Assembly (NCBI GenBank): GCA_040143965.1
Contig: JASJQH010006944.1
Coordinates: 1 to 33,868 of the forward strand
DNA from: Basidiobolus ranarum
Lineage: Eukaryota
Reading direction: 5' to 3'
Length of the DNA stretch: 33,868 nt
In this document: one piece after another, positions 11,543 through 23,368 of the stretch
Numbering within the stretch: position 1 is the first letter of the stretch
How the letters are laid out: each line of letters begins with the position of its first letter
The notes under the pieces: model-generated
Told to the model about the DNA's origin: nothing
The model's database searches: none
The model's input: the letters and a program-made list of their open reading frames with translations, nothing else
Program-made: the position numbers and the translations under genes

Positions 11543-12352
11543 ATGCAACTCTTAAAGGTTCTTGCTATCACTGCTGCTTTCCTCATCTCACCATCTCTAC
11601 AGCAAGATGGTACTTGTGGAAATGGAGTCCAATGCCCTCAAGGACAATGTTGCTCGAAATGGGGCTATTGCGGAACCACTTCCTTTCATTGCGATGGAAG
11701 TAATGATAATGGTAATGGCTCCGGAGGTGGCAGTAACGACAATCCTAATAATAGTGATGGCGCTACATCCACCACTGTTGTTATTGTAACTGCGAGTCCA
11801 AGCCCTACAGATCAGGCAAATCAGCCTAACCCTAATGGCGGAGTACCAACCACCGCCGTTAATCCAGGTGGAGTGATCCCTCCTGTGACTCCAGGTCAAA
11901 ATCCCCCAGTTACAGGGCAACCAGTTGACCATAATCCTCAAGCTACAGGACAACCAGCGGACCATAGTCCTCAAGCCACAGGACAACCAGCTGACCATGA
12001 TCCTCAAGCTACAGGACAACCAGCGGACCATAATCCTGCAACCACAGGACTACCAGTTGGTGAAAATCCTCAGCCTACGGAAAACCCAGCCGATCAAAAT
12101 CCCCAGACTGCAGGCCAACCAGAGAATCGCAATCCCGAAACTACAGGACTCCCAGTGGCACAAAACCCACAACCTACTGGAGAATCCGATAATGCTGGTC
12201 AGCCAGCAAACCAACAAACACCGGTACCACAAGCTCAACCTGCATCAAACACTAACAACGGGCAGAATTCTGGTGGAAATGCGAACTCTGGATTCTCTTT
12301 CAGTACTGCAACTATTGCAGGTCTACTTATGGTAGTCCCATTCTTCTTTTAA
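11543..12352 (+). CDS. Secreted, probably GPI-anchored protein with an N-terminal hevein-like (CBM18/Chitin_bind_1) domain and a Pro/Gln/Thr repeat stalk
   Basis: Signal peptide MQLLKVLAITAAFLISPSLQ. CGNGVQCPQGQCCSKWGYCGTTSFHC matches the hevein CCSxWGYCG signature. A low-complexity stalk follows, then small residues and a hydrophobic tail (NANSGFSFSTATIAGLLMVVPFFF). No catalytic domain visible. Confidence 0.9.
   Translation: MQLLKVLAITAAFLISPSLQQDGTCGNGVQCPQGQCCSKWGYCGTTSFHCDGSNDNGNGSGGGSNDNPNNSDGATSTTVVIVTASPSPTDQANQPNPNGGVPTTAVNPGGVIPPVTPGQNPPVTGQPVDHNPQATGQPADHSPQATGQPADHDPQATGQPADHNPATTGLPVGENPQPTENPADQNPQTAGQPENRNPETTGLPVAQNPQPTGESDNAGQPANQQTPVPQAQPASNTNNGQNSGGNANSGFSFSTATIAGLLMVVPFFF
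11915..12178 (+). repeat. Coding tandem repeat, 8 x 33 nt (11 aa, consensus GQPADHNPQAT)
   Basis: GQPVDHNPQAT/GQPADHSPQAT/GQPADHDPQAT/GQPADHNPATT/GLPVGENPQPT/ENPADQNPQTA/GQPENRNPETT/GLPVAQNPQPT. Confidence 0.9.
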
Positions 12353-13391
12353 ATTTGACGTAACTGAGAGAATTGCACCTAGCACTTTGATCATTTTCTT
12401 AGTAGATGATTTGTAAAAACAAAGCCTAACGCAAACACAGTCCATTTTTTATTACAATTTTAACTTTCTTATGGTGCATTTTCGATTCTTTACGAATCGA
12501 AACTGTAAAATCTACCGCGTGGCAGCCTCAATAAAATTTGGATCTTTGTTTAAACTATTTGTGAAAGTATGCGCCTTGATCCCTTGATTCTCTGTGGAAA
12601 TTAGATGCATATCCAGTCGCAACTTCATTATACGAGCTGCATGGTATGTTTTAACTCCGACATTCATTTACCTTATATGACAGTTGGCTCAATGTATGGA
12701 ATGGCAGTGTGATGTAAGACTCCAATAGCTATTTTTCTTGCTTTTAAACCTAAATATCCCCTCACTGCTATCTCCTCACCATGTAGACATTTCGAGTGCT
12801 GAATTATTGGACATATGATTGGACAGATCTATATGTATGCATAATATATGGAAAACAACCATTCGATCAGTGATTAAAACTCATGCCAGTCATTCAATAG
12901 GTGTTAGGTAAGTTATTAAGCCTGAAAGATGTTAGCCTGGGTTGTGCTCTTTGAAACTTTGTATCACTACTTCTTTTTCCCGTCTAACGGTAAAAAAGAT
13001 TCACTTTAGAGAGAGAAGAATTACTGTAGTATTATTTGATTTTACTTTCTTCTCTCAACTCAATAAGCCTCCTATTTCTAGTGCAATACGCATTTACCAC
13101 ACTATCTTATGTCGTCCATTACTTGCTAACCTAACAAGTTTCAACTCTTTAACGTTGCAATATACTCTTTCACTTAAAGAACTTCTGCCATTTTTATTTA
13201 AACCACAAAAATAACCCTTGGTTTGTGACAGGAAAACTCCCTTTTATTTACAACCTTACCCTAAGAAATAATACTTTTATCTAAAAGCGACCGAGCTGTC
13301 CGGCATAACAAGCATTCAAGACGGACTCTTAGAATAGAATTTGTCGGTTTACTCTGTATTATCTTCTTTGCAGTTCTTTTTATACTTTGAC

Positions 13392-15465
13392 ATGTTTGAC
13401 ACTACCCGCCTTTTAAACTACCTTTCTAAACCAATTGAGCTTTCCCACTCTCTTTGGCCGGATCTAGACCGTACTTTGAATGAACAAAGGCGAAATCAGT
13501 CCACTTCGACCTCTAGTCATATCACCGACAATGAAAATACACTAGAGTTTCCAATTTCCGAACCCACTACTCCCACTCCCAATTGTACAAAACCTCAAGA
13601 TTTCTCTACGTCACTGGGAGAAGTGGATACCTCGCTTCGCTCACTATCCTGTCATAGTCCTATCCTCTCCTGTAATAAAGAAGACGTTGGTCAAAATGGA
13701 ATATCCCCTGATATCCCTAGTACGCTAAGTAACAGCCAAGCTAGACTTAAGTTTAGTTCGTCCACTCCTCAACTCCGTATCCTTAATCAGAACAAAGATC
13801 GCTCGCTACTTGCTCTCACTTCTAATACTACCTCCTCCAAGTCGTCTTGCACCTCAACCAACCAGAGTACTGAGGGGGAAATTGCTTTTGGTTCTTTTGA
13901 TGGCAGTAAAAAGTATAATTCCAGGTCTTCGTTCGACGAAACACTATATGTTCGACGACGTCGTATGAATCAATTTGACTCCAATCCAACTAGTCAGTGG
14001 AATTGGAATTCAGAGGATACTGAAGAAGATTTTGAAACTGATTTGATAAGTGATGATTCTCCCATCGCTACACCAGCAGTCTCACCCTCACCCTCACCAT
14101 CGCCCACTACTTCACCTCAACCTCAAAAACATCAATTCAGTAAATCAGAAAGTCTTCCCAAGAAAGAGGCACTTGTAGAGAAAGGATTTCACAATGACAC
14201 GGAAATATCGAGTGATCCGACCAAGTTGAAATTCAACAATTCAACTCCACATGTCACTGGAATGGTTAAAGTTGTTGGGACCACTCCACCAGGTAATTCC
14301 GATTGGTCTGATGAATTAGTTGGTGGTCTTGATTTTGATAGTAATGATGAATGGGTTAATACATTTCTATCTAAAAACAAATGTCATCAGAGTAGTTGCT
14401 CCTCTTTCTCTTCGAAATCTAAAACTACTTGTACGAATAGCACAGACTTCTCTATCTCACCCGTATCCTTAAAGCACCCCAAATATACCGATCATCTATA
14501 CACCAAGTCTGAGCCTCGTCCTTATCGTGCCACGACTCCTCTCAAAACCATGATATCCTCAAAAACGGTGGATCGATCATGTATAAATCACCTCAGCCTA
14601 CCCAAGAAAAAAAGCAATAAGCAAGGGATTCGAGAAAGTGGACGATACGATTCCCAAGTTTTTAAAAATCCAAGACATTCACAGCGAATTCCAAATCCTT
14701 CCACGGCTCTTTCACCAAGTAACAATTCTCAAACGCGATACACCACAGACACTAGATCAGGTAAGCTATCTTTAATGGAATATTTGACTAATATAGAATG
14801 AGAGTTTCATTAGTAACACTATTTATAAAATCACTTTCGATCTAGATTCTTGGACTACTCACACGTCAAAGAACCACTCACCTAGAACTATTGGTAAAGT
14901 AACCATGTCAAATCAGCTCTCGGGCTCCACTCGACATACACTAGATTATTCTATTGATCTTGAGGATGATACAAGCTTTGAAAGTGCAATTCAAGAACCC
15001 AGCAAAGGTCGTATCACACAACCCCATCTCAACGAACTAACATCCCCAAGTCGACCTAGCTTGATCCCCTATGCATTTGGAGAAGGGAAAAAGGCGCATA
15101 TCATTGGGAATATGTTATTCGATCCGGAGAAAATGTGTTGGAGGAATTTAAGTGAGAAAGGAATAGATGAAAATGAAAGAAATTCCGATCCATTTGAGAA
15201 TTTTTCATCTGACGAAGAAGATATCCATTCGATTCAAGAAACACAACCACCCAAAGAAGAATTCTCGGTTGGAACTGAATTTCAATTAACCGCTGAAGAA
15301 TTACGTGAAATGTTCAAGACAGAAATGGAACATAAAATTCACATGCAACGATGGTATGTGAACTCCGATTTATATACGAATCATGATCGGATAGGATATA
15401 AAGATCCAATCATACGGGAAGTAGAATTGTTGGATATACGTTTGGTAAATAATCTTCTACGGTAA
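13392..15465 (+). CDS. Ser-rich, largely disordered protein with a Byr4/Bfa1-like C-terminus (putative SIN/MEN two-component GAP subunit)
   Basis: Exons 13392-14760 and 14846-15465 join in frame across a GTAAGC...TCTAG intron. The C-terminal block GNMLFDPEKMCW...DPFENF...EFSVGTEFQL...EMEH...RWY resembles the conserved Byr4/Bfa1 C-terminus, recognised from memory and not searched. A further small 3' exon after the TTTTAG ending at 15519 is possible. Confidence 0.6.
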
Positions 15466-15927
15466 TCTCTAACCTATTTTTTTACCTCCATATTTCTAAC
15501 TCCTTGAAATCATTTTTAGACTTGGCCAGATCGATTTCAATCTAGATCATCGCGTTAATTTGGTGTGCAAGAGACACATATTATTCACTTCAACTTCAGA
15601 ATAAACGAAATCGATTCAATTTATGGGTACCATCATAATCTGCCATTTGATGGCCTTCGAGCGAGAGAGGCAATGGACGGTATATATTTATTATCAGTCA
15701 TCCAAATTCCATTGGAATCTCAAGATTTCCTCAGTTTACATAACAGACATATACAATGGTCAAAGTAGGTGAAAGTGGTGGTGGTGGTGGATAGGGATCA
15801 ACCTTTCTAGAACTCCCATTGAATACTAAATAACATAACGATCCAAGTTCAACGATTAGATAAAGTAAGAAAAGCTGTAAAGATTTAAAAAGTACTTGAT
15901 ATTACATTGTAAATATTATTATAGAAA

Positions 15928-15961
15928 AGGGAGAGGGAGAGAGATAGAGAGAGAGGGGGGG
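15928..15961. repeat. GA-rich microsatellite between convergent 3' ends
   Basis: gggagagggagagagatagagagagagggggg. Also (GGT)n at about 15775-15790 and AAGGG-type repeats at about 16155-16180. Confidence 0.55.
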
Positions 15962-16617
15962 AAACAAACCCAAATATTTTTCTACTTTAGGGGGTTCCTA
16001 TAGCACATTGTTTTTCACTCAAGTTGATGGGTAAAGAGATAGGTGAATTCCAGGGTAAAATACACTATATTTCCGGTTTGTGAAGAGGTGAAAAAGTAAA
16101 AGCATGTTAAGGGGAAACAAGTCGATATTGAAAGAAAAAAGGTTGGTAGAGTGGAAGGGGAAGGGGAAAGGGAAAGGGAAATAGCTAGATATGATAATTG
16201 ATATGAATAACGAAAAGGGCATCAAAACTTGGGTCCGCTTAGAATTTCTGTAAGTGAAATAAAGGATCACTAGAACTGTGGTGAAGTGGAGTGGAGTAGT
16301 GGAAAGGGGAGGTGAGATATTGGATGACAATTAAAGAAGTACAAATCCATGCGAAACAAAAGTACAAAAACAAAATGGATTACAACAAATGCTTCCAAGG
16401 TCCCCCATCCTGCGGTTATTTGTTTTCAAACAACCAACTGAGAAAAAGAGAAAAAGGATCTAAAGTACATCCAACCATTATCTGAAATAAAGGTCTATAA
16501 GAAAAAGATGAAGAGATGGTGGTAGCCTGACATATTTAAAAGGCAAATATCGATATACCCGAGAAAGGTGCTTGAGTAAAGTAATGTAAAGAGCTAACAT
16601 GAACCGAAGATAGACCT

Positions 16618-19600
16618 CTACATATAATTGTACCCGATATCATTCATACCGATCAAGTTCATGGGCGCGCCGTAATTAGGCGGTGCCATATTGTTGTAGC
16701 CATAGTTGATCATATTCGAATGTTGAGGAGCCGGGTGTACCTGCTCTCTCTGAAGTTTGCCCTGTATACGCTTCCCATAAGGTGTATTGCGAATAGCAGG
16801 AAGGAGTGGTCGAATCGCATCAACCAACTAGTAGGAAACAAGATTAGGGTTATTGTGTTTCGATTCAGGTCAACGAATCACTTTTTGTACTAACCATGGC
16901 ACGTTGATTGACCTCGGCGTAATCGAGTGCCGTTTGGACTACATAATTACCAAAGGAATCTCTAAGTAGCTTATCAAGTCTCTCGCGGCTAAGAAGTTCC
17001 TCGATAAGCGCCTGACGAGTGTCAAGCTTAGAGACACGGATGCACTAATAAAATAGGAAGCGTTCATTTCCAAGAACACTATTGGGGTACATGATGGTTC
17101 AAACGTACCTTTTCCATAACATTAGAGCTAAACTTTTGCACTGACAAAAGACAAACATTCCCAACAAAACGACGAATTAAAGGATCGGAAAGTTGACCTT
17201 CATTGAGGTCCAACACATATTGTACAACATAATTTCCAAATGGATCCTACAAAAGAAGGTTAGGAACTAATAGATGAAGGAAAAGGCCTTGAAAGAGGAT
17301 TACTTGGACAAGAGTAAGCGCATGGTAAGTAATCTCCGAAACCAATTGTCTCTAAAGGAAAGAGAAGGGTATGGTTAGACATGGCCGAGTGTCCTTGAGA
17401 TATGAAAAAAGCACCTTCTGAGATTCTGATGAATAATCAATGCATCGTTGAAGAACGCAACAGCCATGACGATGTGTAGCAACCTCGATAAGACTCTTAC
17501 AGACCCCATTATATATAAACTAAAGAAACGGACGATTAATAGAAAACTCAACAGAAAACGACATTCAGAATCAATGTTGAACCTGGTTGTCTGCAGGTTT
17601 GAGGCGGTTGAGGCATTTCTGGATTACATGGTTACCGTTTAAATCCTACAAAAGGAATACCAGTTTAGTTGACGGTATTAACGATAGTAGCTTGCGATTG
17701 GATTATACTTTGATCAGTGTGACTATGTTAGGATTAAGTGCAATCATTATCATTCGAATCTGCAAAGGCAAATGGTTAGAGGCTTGTAATTGTGTAGCGA
17801 CAATTGACCAACGCTTACCTGTTGAGAGTTGGACAAAAACTCGATCATTTTTTGTACAGCCCTGGTTCCATGCATATTTAGTGCGATGTTGACAAGCTCA
17901 GGAGCAACCGTCTCTACGATAACGGTCCTTTGTTCGTCATTGCAAAACTCGAGAAGCTTTTGACAAAGATAGTTGCCAAAGGGATCGGTCATCAGCTCTA
18001 CAAAATGGCCAAATACTTCATGGAAGATGATATCGAGATACTTCGGATTTTGCTCCTCAAGTTTCTTCTGCAAGTATCTACATCCATGTTGGTCTTTGCA
18101 CAATGAGTATATTTCCCCAATCATATCTTCTATGGGTATTCCAGAGAATCGGTTTGAAGCTTCAACATCACTCGATGCTCTCTTGGAGACTTGTTTGTTG
18201 CCGTTGGGATTAGGTTGGACAGATTTACCATTATTGGAGTTAGGATGATTGAACCCATGCTTGGAAGACGTTGAGTAGTTATTTGGGGGAAAGCCGTTGC
18301 TGTTCATTTGGTTATAGAAAGTAGGGCTCAACGGACTGACAGGATAATTAAATGGATTCCCTCCGGCACTAACAGGGGATAGAATGGAGCGAGGCGAGTC
18401 GGGTGAAATAGATTTAAAGACGTGGACAAAAGTACATCTATCTCCACGAGAACAATGGCCCTGCTGAAAGAAACGGCAAACGTTACTTGAGGGAGATGTA
18501 GGTATATCACTCAAGTCTCGTGCATTGTTAGGATATTGTTGGATTCTGTGGTACCCTGGATCAATATTGCTGATGGGAGAAGTCACATTTTCTGACAGAA
18601 ATGCTTCTTGCTTGGACATCTCATTAGCGTACATTACAGTGTTGATAGATGGCGGGGGGCCTTTTCTGGTACTAATATACATAGATGCAGTTTGTCTCAA
18701 CGGCGGTCTTGTCTGTCTATAACCATGGTCACTTGATTGAGCTGAAGGATATTGCTCCCACTCTGAACCGTTCATGCCACCATTGGTTTGGCGAGAAGTC
18801 TGTGGTAGATACGCCAGATCCAAGGCAGCAGAAGAAGTCGATAACTACAATCAACAAAATTAAGAATCTCGGATAATCAATGATCAATAAATGATAACCG
18901 CTACACACCAAATCCGAATAATTATTTCTATCGGCAATGGAAGGAAATCTTTTACTCTTGCTTGTTGTTGCTTGAGGGTATCTTTGATTATATCCTAAGA
19001 GACAAGATGGATCAGGATACAAGCCATTGCTTTGCATAGATATTGAAAAATTACCAGGATTGATGTTGTCCTCCTCGAAAACAAGCATTTCAGAGAAACC
19101 AGGGAAATCTGAACTCGGATTATGATGGACATCTTCTAATCCTGAGCGCTGTTGCCCATGAACACCTTGGCCATTGTTTTCATTGAACATTGCCATTCGA
19201 GCACCACTGAAAGTAGGCAAAAAGATAAGCAAAAGATCCGAATAATCGACAGCGTTGGAACTTACTCATTAGTATGCATTTTGGGTTCATTTAAAGTAAG
19301 ACTTTTGAAATCCTCCCAAATATTCAACCTATCGTTTGAGTTCCTCCGGGAAACAGGTACTGACCGAGGAGGTGGAGACATACCACTCGACCTTTCGTGA
19401 GACTTCTTCGGCCCATAGCCATTGTTATTCGCGTGAAATGGGCCAAAGTTGCCTGAAAGATCATTCATTGAGGGCTGAACCAGAGGTGTTGGGCGAGCAA
19501 TTGGAATAGTATTAGATCTTGCCCTGGTGTCAATTTGAGGATTCCCATTGGATCCACTGGAATGAAATGAAGCGGTAGTTACTGGCAAACCGGCAGAGTT

Positions 19601-20203
19601 TAAACCTGCCTTATTATTATGATGTCTGAAGTTGTCGAAGTTCTCATTCTAGAATTCGATGAAACCATTAATATCCATAAGAAAAATGAGAATTAGCTTG
19701 AAAGCTCTTACTTGAGTTAACCTCTTATCAAGGTGCGAAGATGGATCATTATCTGGCTAAAAGATTCAAACTCCAGTTAGAAGACTAAATAATTACATGA
19801 GCTTCAACCTTAGAAATGGGCTTACTTCAATAGAGCCATAACCTTCACGACTCTCAGGATCAAAAAGCTTAGTGTTAGGTAGCAGTCCAAGCCCATCAGC
19901 AAAGCCACTTTGATATACATCTCTAGGATACTCGTGTCTTGGAGAGATTAGACTGTTTAGCATTAAACTTCGTGCATTTCCAAATCCTCCATCATTTGGT
20001 CTCGAGTCTCTATGCGCAGTATAATTGGCGGATTGAGTGTCAATAGAGAACGATACGTTCCTACGCAAATGTGAACCAAATAGTGCGTTCCTGTTTCTGC
20101 TCTGATCGCCTGATCTGTTTGAAGCGCCTATATTGTCTTGGGTGCGAACTTCATAGGAATTAGCCCTCTCTGGTTTTCGAAATGACGAATACTCCGGAGT
20201 CAT
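16618..20203 (-). CDS. Pumilio/PUF RNA-binding protein of the Puf4 type with a CCCH zinc finger, 12 exons
   Basis: Exons 20203-19826, 19756-19712, 19648-19266, 19206-18909, 18844-17819, 17759-17709, 17645-17583, 17519-17415, 17351-17304, 17246-17109, 17044-16895, 16827-16618, in frame. Eight PUF repeats: DQHGCRYLQ, DPFGNYLCQ, NMHGTRAVQ, DLNGNHVIQ, HRHGCCVLQ, DPFGNYVVQ, QKFSSNVME, DSFGNYVVQ, then RNTPYGKRIQ. Zinc finger CRFFQQGHCSRGDRCTFVH (C-x7-C-x5-C-x3-H). Confidence 0.93.
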
Positions 20204-21206
20204 TGAGATGTTTCACTTGATTTCGAAAAAGAAATGTATATTATTGCGATTGGGGAAAGAAACAATAGTATAGAGGTTGAAATTGAGCTCAGTAGATTAG
20301 CTATGTGAGAATTTCGAGAGTACAGGAAAGGAAGGAATAGAAAGTATCTATCTCAAAGTAAACACTAGTAAAGGAGAAAAGAACGTTCTAAACTTGGGCT
20401 TAAAAGGTGAATAAATAACTGAGGTCAAGAAAGACCAGATGAGATAGCAAATGCACTCAATCTGAGTTTGCAAAAAGTCAATTAAGTAAACCACAAAAAA
20501 TAGCCTATTCAAGTATATATTAAAGTGAAGATTGACGATCTGTTGATTGAGTTTCCTCTTAATTTTGTGACGAAAAGAAAGAACAACTGGTAGACTAAGC
20601 GCTACTTACGAACCGAGCTAATTTCTTGGGAACTTGAACTGCTGATTATTACGAGCCTGGCCGAAATCTACCAGCTCGATAATATTGTGAAAATCATATT
20701 GTGGGTTCAAATGATCATATGAAACAAATATGCGAAAGCTTGTTTAATCTAAGATGAAATTCGATGATTCAATGGTTAACATAGTTTAGAGCACAAATCA
20801 ATATAATACTATAAATGCGTTTCAATTGGTTGTCCCGTTGATACTGTAGACGAACTAGATGAGGAGTCTGTTGTGGAAAAATTTTCGACAGTCGGGCAGA
20901 GTAACAGAAGACCTCCAAAACTAAGACACAACTTACTACAAATGCTCTCTTGATTAACCCGGATGTTTGTGATTAATTGCACCAATCTGTTGCTTTAAAG
21001 GTGAATTTTACCGCAATTTGTGACTCCAAGGACTGTTGCTACCCTCATTATGAGCCTTTTTAAGCGTGTTTAACTTTCGGGTTAGTCAAGATTTAGTAAC
21101 AGCCCATGATAGGCTAATCAGATTCATCAAAGCAAAAATTTCTTTTCCAAGCCAGTATCGAGGTCTTAGCTTGTCTTTGCTCTATCGTTACTGATAAACT
21201 GAAAAC

Positions 21207-21677
21207 ATGGCTTCCGTTATTGCTACCGCTCGCGCCTCTTTCAAAAACCTTCTTCAAGAAGTTGATTTGCAGGTAATTACTTAGTCTAATAGACAACAAA
21301 GACTTTATTTCAGACTTTTCTAAAGTAACTTATTGCTTTTCGCATAATAGCTCACCCAAAAAACCAAGAATGTATATTGGAACGAGCAGCTTCAATTAAT
21401 CTACAAAGAAAAGCTTGATAACGGTACACCTGAAGTTGCCGCTAAAGTTCAAGCTGATGTTCAAGATATCCTTTGCTATTTAGAAAGCTCTCGCAAGCAC
21501 AAGGTAATACTACATCCTTCGAGTCTAATTTTCATCATATACTAAATGAACTGAACCATACAACAGGAACTCATGGAACGCTACAGTCCTCTTGCCAATG
21601 TCACCCCGGAGGAGAAGCTTAGCATGACTGCTAACCGCGTTGGCCTTCAGCTACCCAAAGCCTTCAATCCTGAATAA
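21207..21677 (+). CDS. FMC1: Mitochondrial ATP synthase (F1) assembly factor Fmc1-like, LYR family, 109 aa, 3 exons
   Basis: Exons 21207-21272, 21351-21503, 21567-21677 give MASVIATARASFKNLLQEVDLQLTQKTKNVYWNEQLQLIYKEKLDNGTPEVAAKVQADVQDILCYLESSRKHKELMERYSPLANVTPEEKLSMTANRVGLQLPKAFNPE*. YLxSxR...L-ERY-P...EE...TA-RVGL-LP is the Fmc1 signature. Not in the ORF track. Confidence 0.85.
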
Positions 21678-23313
21678 ACGATAGTGTTAGAGATCTCACC
21701 CCACATACATTGCATATCTCTCAAATTCATACGAACTCTCTTTCTCTGGTACTTGTTTATAAATATCTGTCTCAGATATGCCAAGCATTAATAAATTTCG
21801 GAATTGCACAGATTATTAGATATTTAGCTTCTCTATTTTTTTGAAGCACACATATAGCTCGTTCGTATTGCTACAATTCAACACTGTTTTCAAGAGTTTA
21901 CAAGTTAACTTCCGTAGTAAGAAAAGTCTTGGTCGGTTTTACGAGTTAGTTTTCTCAAACTTTTTAACTCCAAAAAAGAGAATAGCATTGAGTTCTTTAT
22001 CTTTGCTATCTCTAAATGGTTGGACCATATGTTCTACTATAAGTACGTTGATACATGACCATAAATTTGGAAATTATATTGTAACGTCACATTATCCTTG
22101 AGAGTATTCTATTCGAACAATCACATACGGGTCTTCATTTGCCAAGAAAAGAGAATTTGCAGCGGATGAACGAACTAAGAGTACACAAATATTACAAAGA
22201 GATAATAAGAAAATTAGTTGTCTGGGACTTTCATCTCTAAGCTGTGGTGGTTTTTTCATGAGCTAGAATCATATTCGTGAAATGTGGTTTTGCCAGATAT
22301 ATGCAGAGACCAGTATATTTCTGAGTAGAGGTATTTCAAATAAATTCCAATGGCATGATAGGCGAAGTATTTCTACTAGTATACTGATATTAGTTAACCT
22401 GTATTGAGTTTTAGTGGCTGTAGCCTACAGCAAAAGCATTTAACTTTTAAGGAAGATTTAATATGATACAACATGGTTTCTATATTTTTAGTAATAAAAT
22501 GGCACCCAAACGAATGTCTTACTACTATTACTATTCTGGTTTTGTCCTTCTTTAGGCATTAGATAAAGAACATATTGGTTACAAAGAGATGGTCAGCTAT
22601 CATCCGGAAGAGAGAGTTGTCCCCTGTAGTTTTATTGGAGCTAGACTCGAGTAACCAGATAACCGTTATACCCAACCGTTCAAGCAAATTAGTATGCGCA
22701 ACACTTGAATGCATGGTTTGATCACAGCATTTAAGTTTCTTCTTTGCAAAGCGAATCATGATCAGACATCCTCTTTCCCGATAAAGCTTCAAACGGCAAA
22801 CCTCCTCAGTACCTTGTGATATATCTACTAGTTTGGGAGTGTTTGAGCGCTTGATATAGTAGCGATCACGCAATAAATATGGAAGATCATTTAACCATTA
22901 GGTAAATCCATCAGCTGGACAATCTATCAAAATACCCACACTAGCCTCAACTGCCCTCCAGCCTCTTTCAGACATATTCCCGACTAAGCGTTCACAACTA
23001 ATAGATAGTAGAGTACACATGGCCAGCATGTAAGTACAATATGGAAACTCCAAACAAGAGCTCGTGGTATGTGAGTATATATACATCCACCAACAGCTTT
23101 GATGGAGAGAGAGAGTAGAATGGTAAAGCATCTATGCATTATCTCCGTCTTGCTTCTTATTCTTGTTTCTGGGGTTGCCGTTATTATTAGATTGTGCTGA
23201 CTTTTGCCGCGCATGGATGATTGGTTATCTCAGTTAGGATCGAAACCCAATCAATACCAGTCTTTGATGCTCTTATGGAAAGCATCATAGTCTGGATTAG
23301 AAACTCTCACAGA

Positions 23314-23368
23314 TTCACCATGTACTTTGTTACGATATTCACTATGCACTTTGTTACAATGTTCACCA
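23314..23368. repeat. Imperfect 24-nt tandem repeat (about 2.3 copies)
   Basis: ttcaccatgtactttgttacgata / ttcactatgcactttgttacaatg / ttcacca. Confidence 0.7.

Noticed and set aside
11915-12178. Regularly spaced repeats as a possible CRISPR array
   Set aside because: Contiguous in-frame coding repeats without unique spacers, in a eukaryotic gene.
11473-12335. Overlapping alternative-frame and antisense ORFs over the chitin-binding gene
   Set aside because: Shadows of the 33-nt coding repeat. No independent signals.
13777-14471. GTATCCTTA at about 13777 and 14463 resembling U12 GT-AG donors
   Set aside because: Both lie in a continuous open frame, and I found no suitably placed TCCTTAAC branch plus acceptor.
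16019-16330. 103-aa hydrophobic minus-strand ORF
   Set aside because: Product of a pyrimidine-rich, simple-repeat 3' UTR (FPFPFPF from AAGGG repeats), with a TTG start.
15890-16617. Possible autoregulatory Puf4 elements in the PUF gene 3' UTR, and in the UTP20 3' UTR near 25290
   Set aside because: The UGUA-containing words found (UGUAAUAUCA, UGUACUUUA, UGUAAUAAA) do not match the Puf4 UGUAHAHUA consensus and are expected by chance in AU-rich UTRs.
21466-21474. ATATCCTTT in FMC1, a perfect U12 donor word
   Set aside because: It encodes D-I-L inside the exon leading to the conserved YLESSR. The real intron is the GT-AG at 21504-21566.
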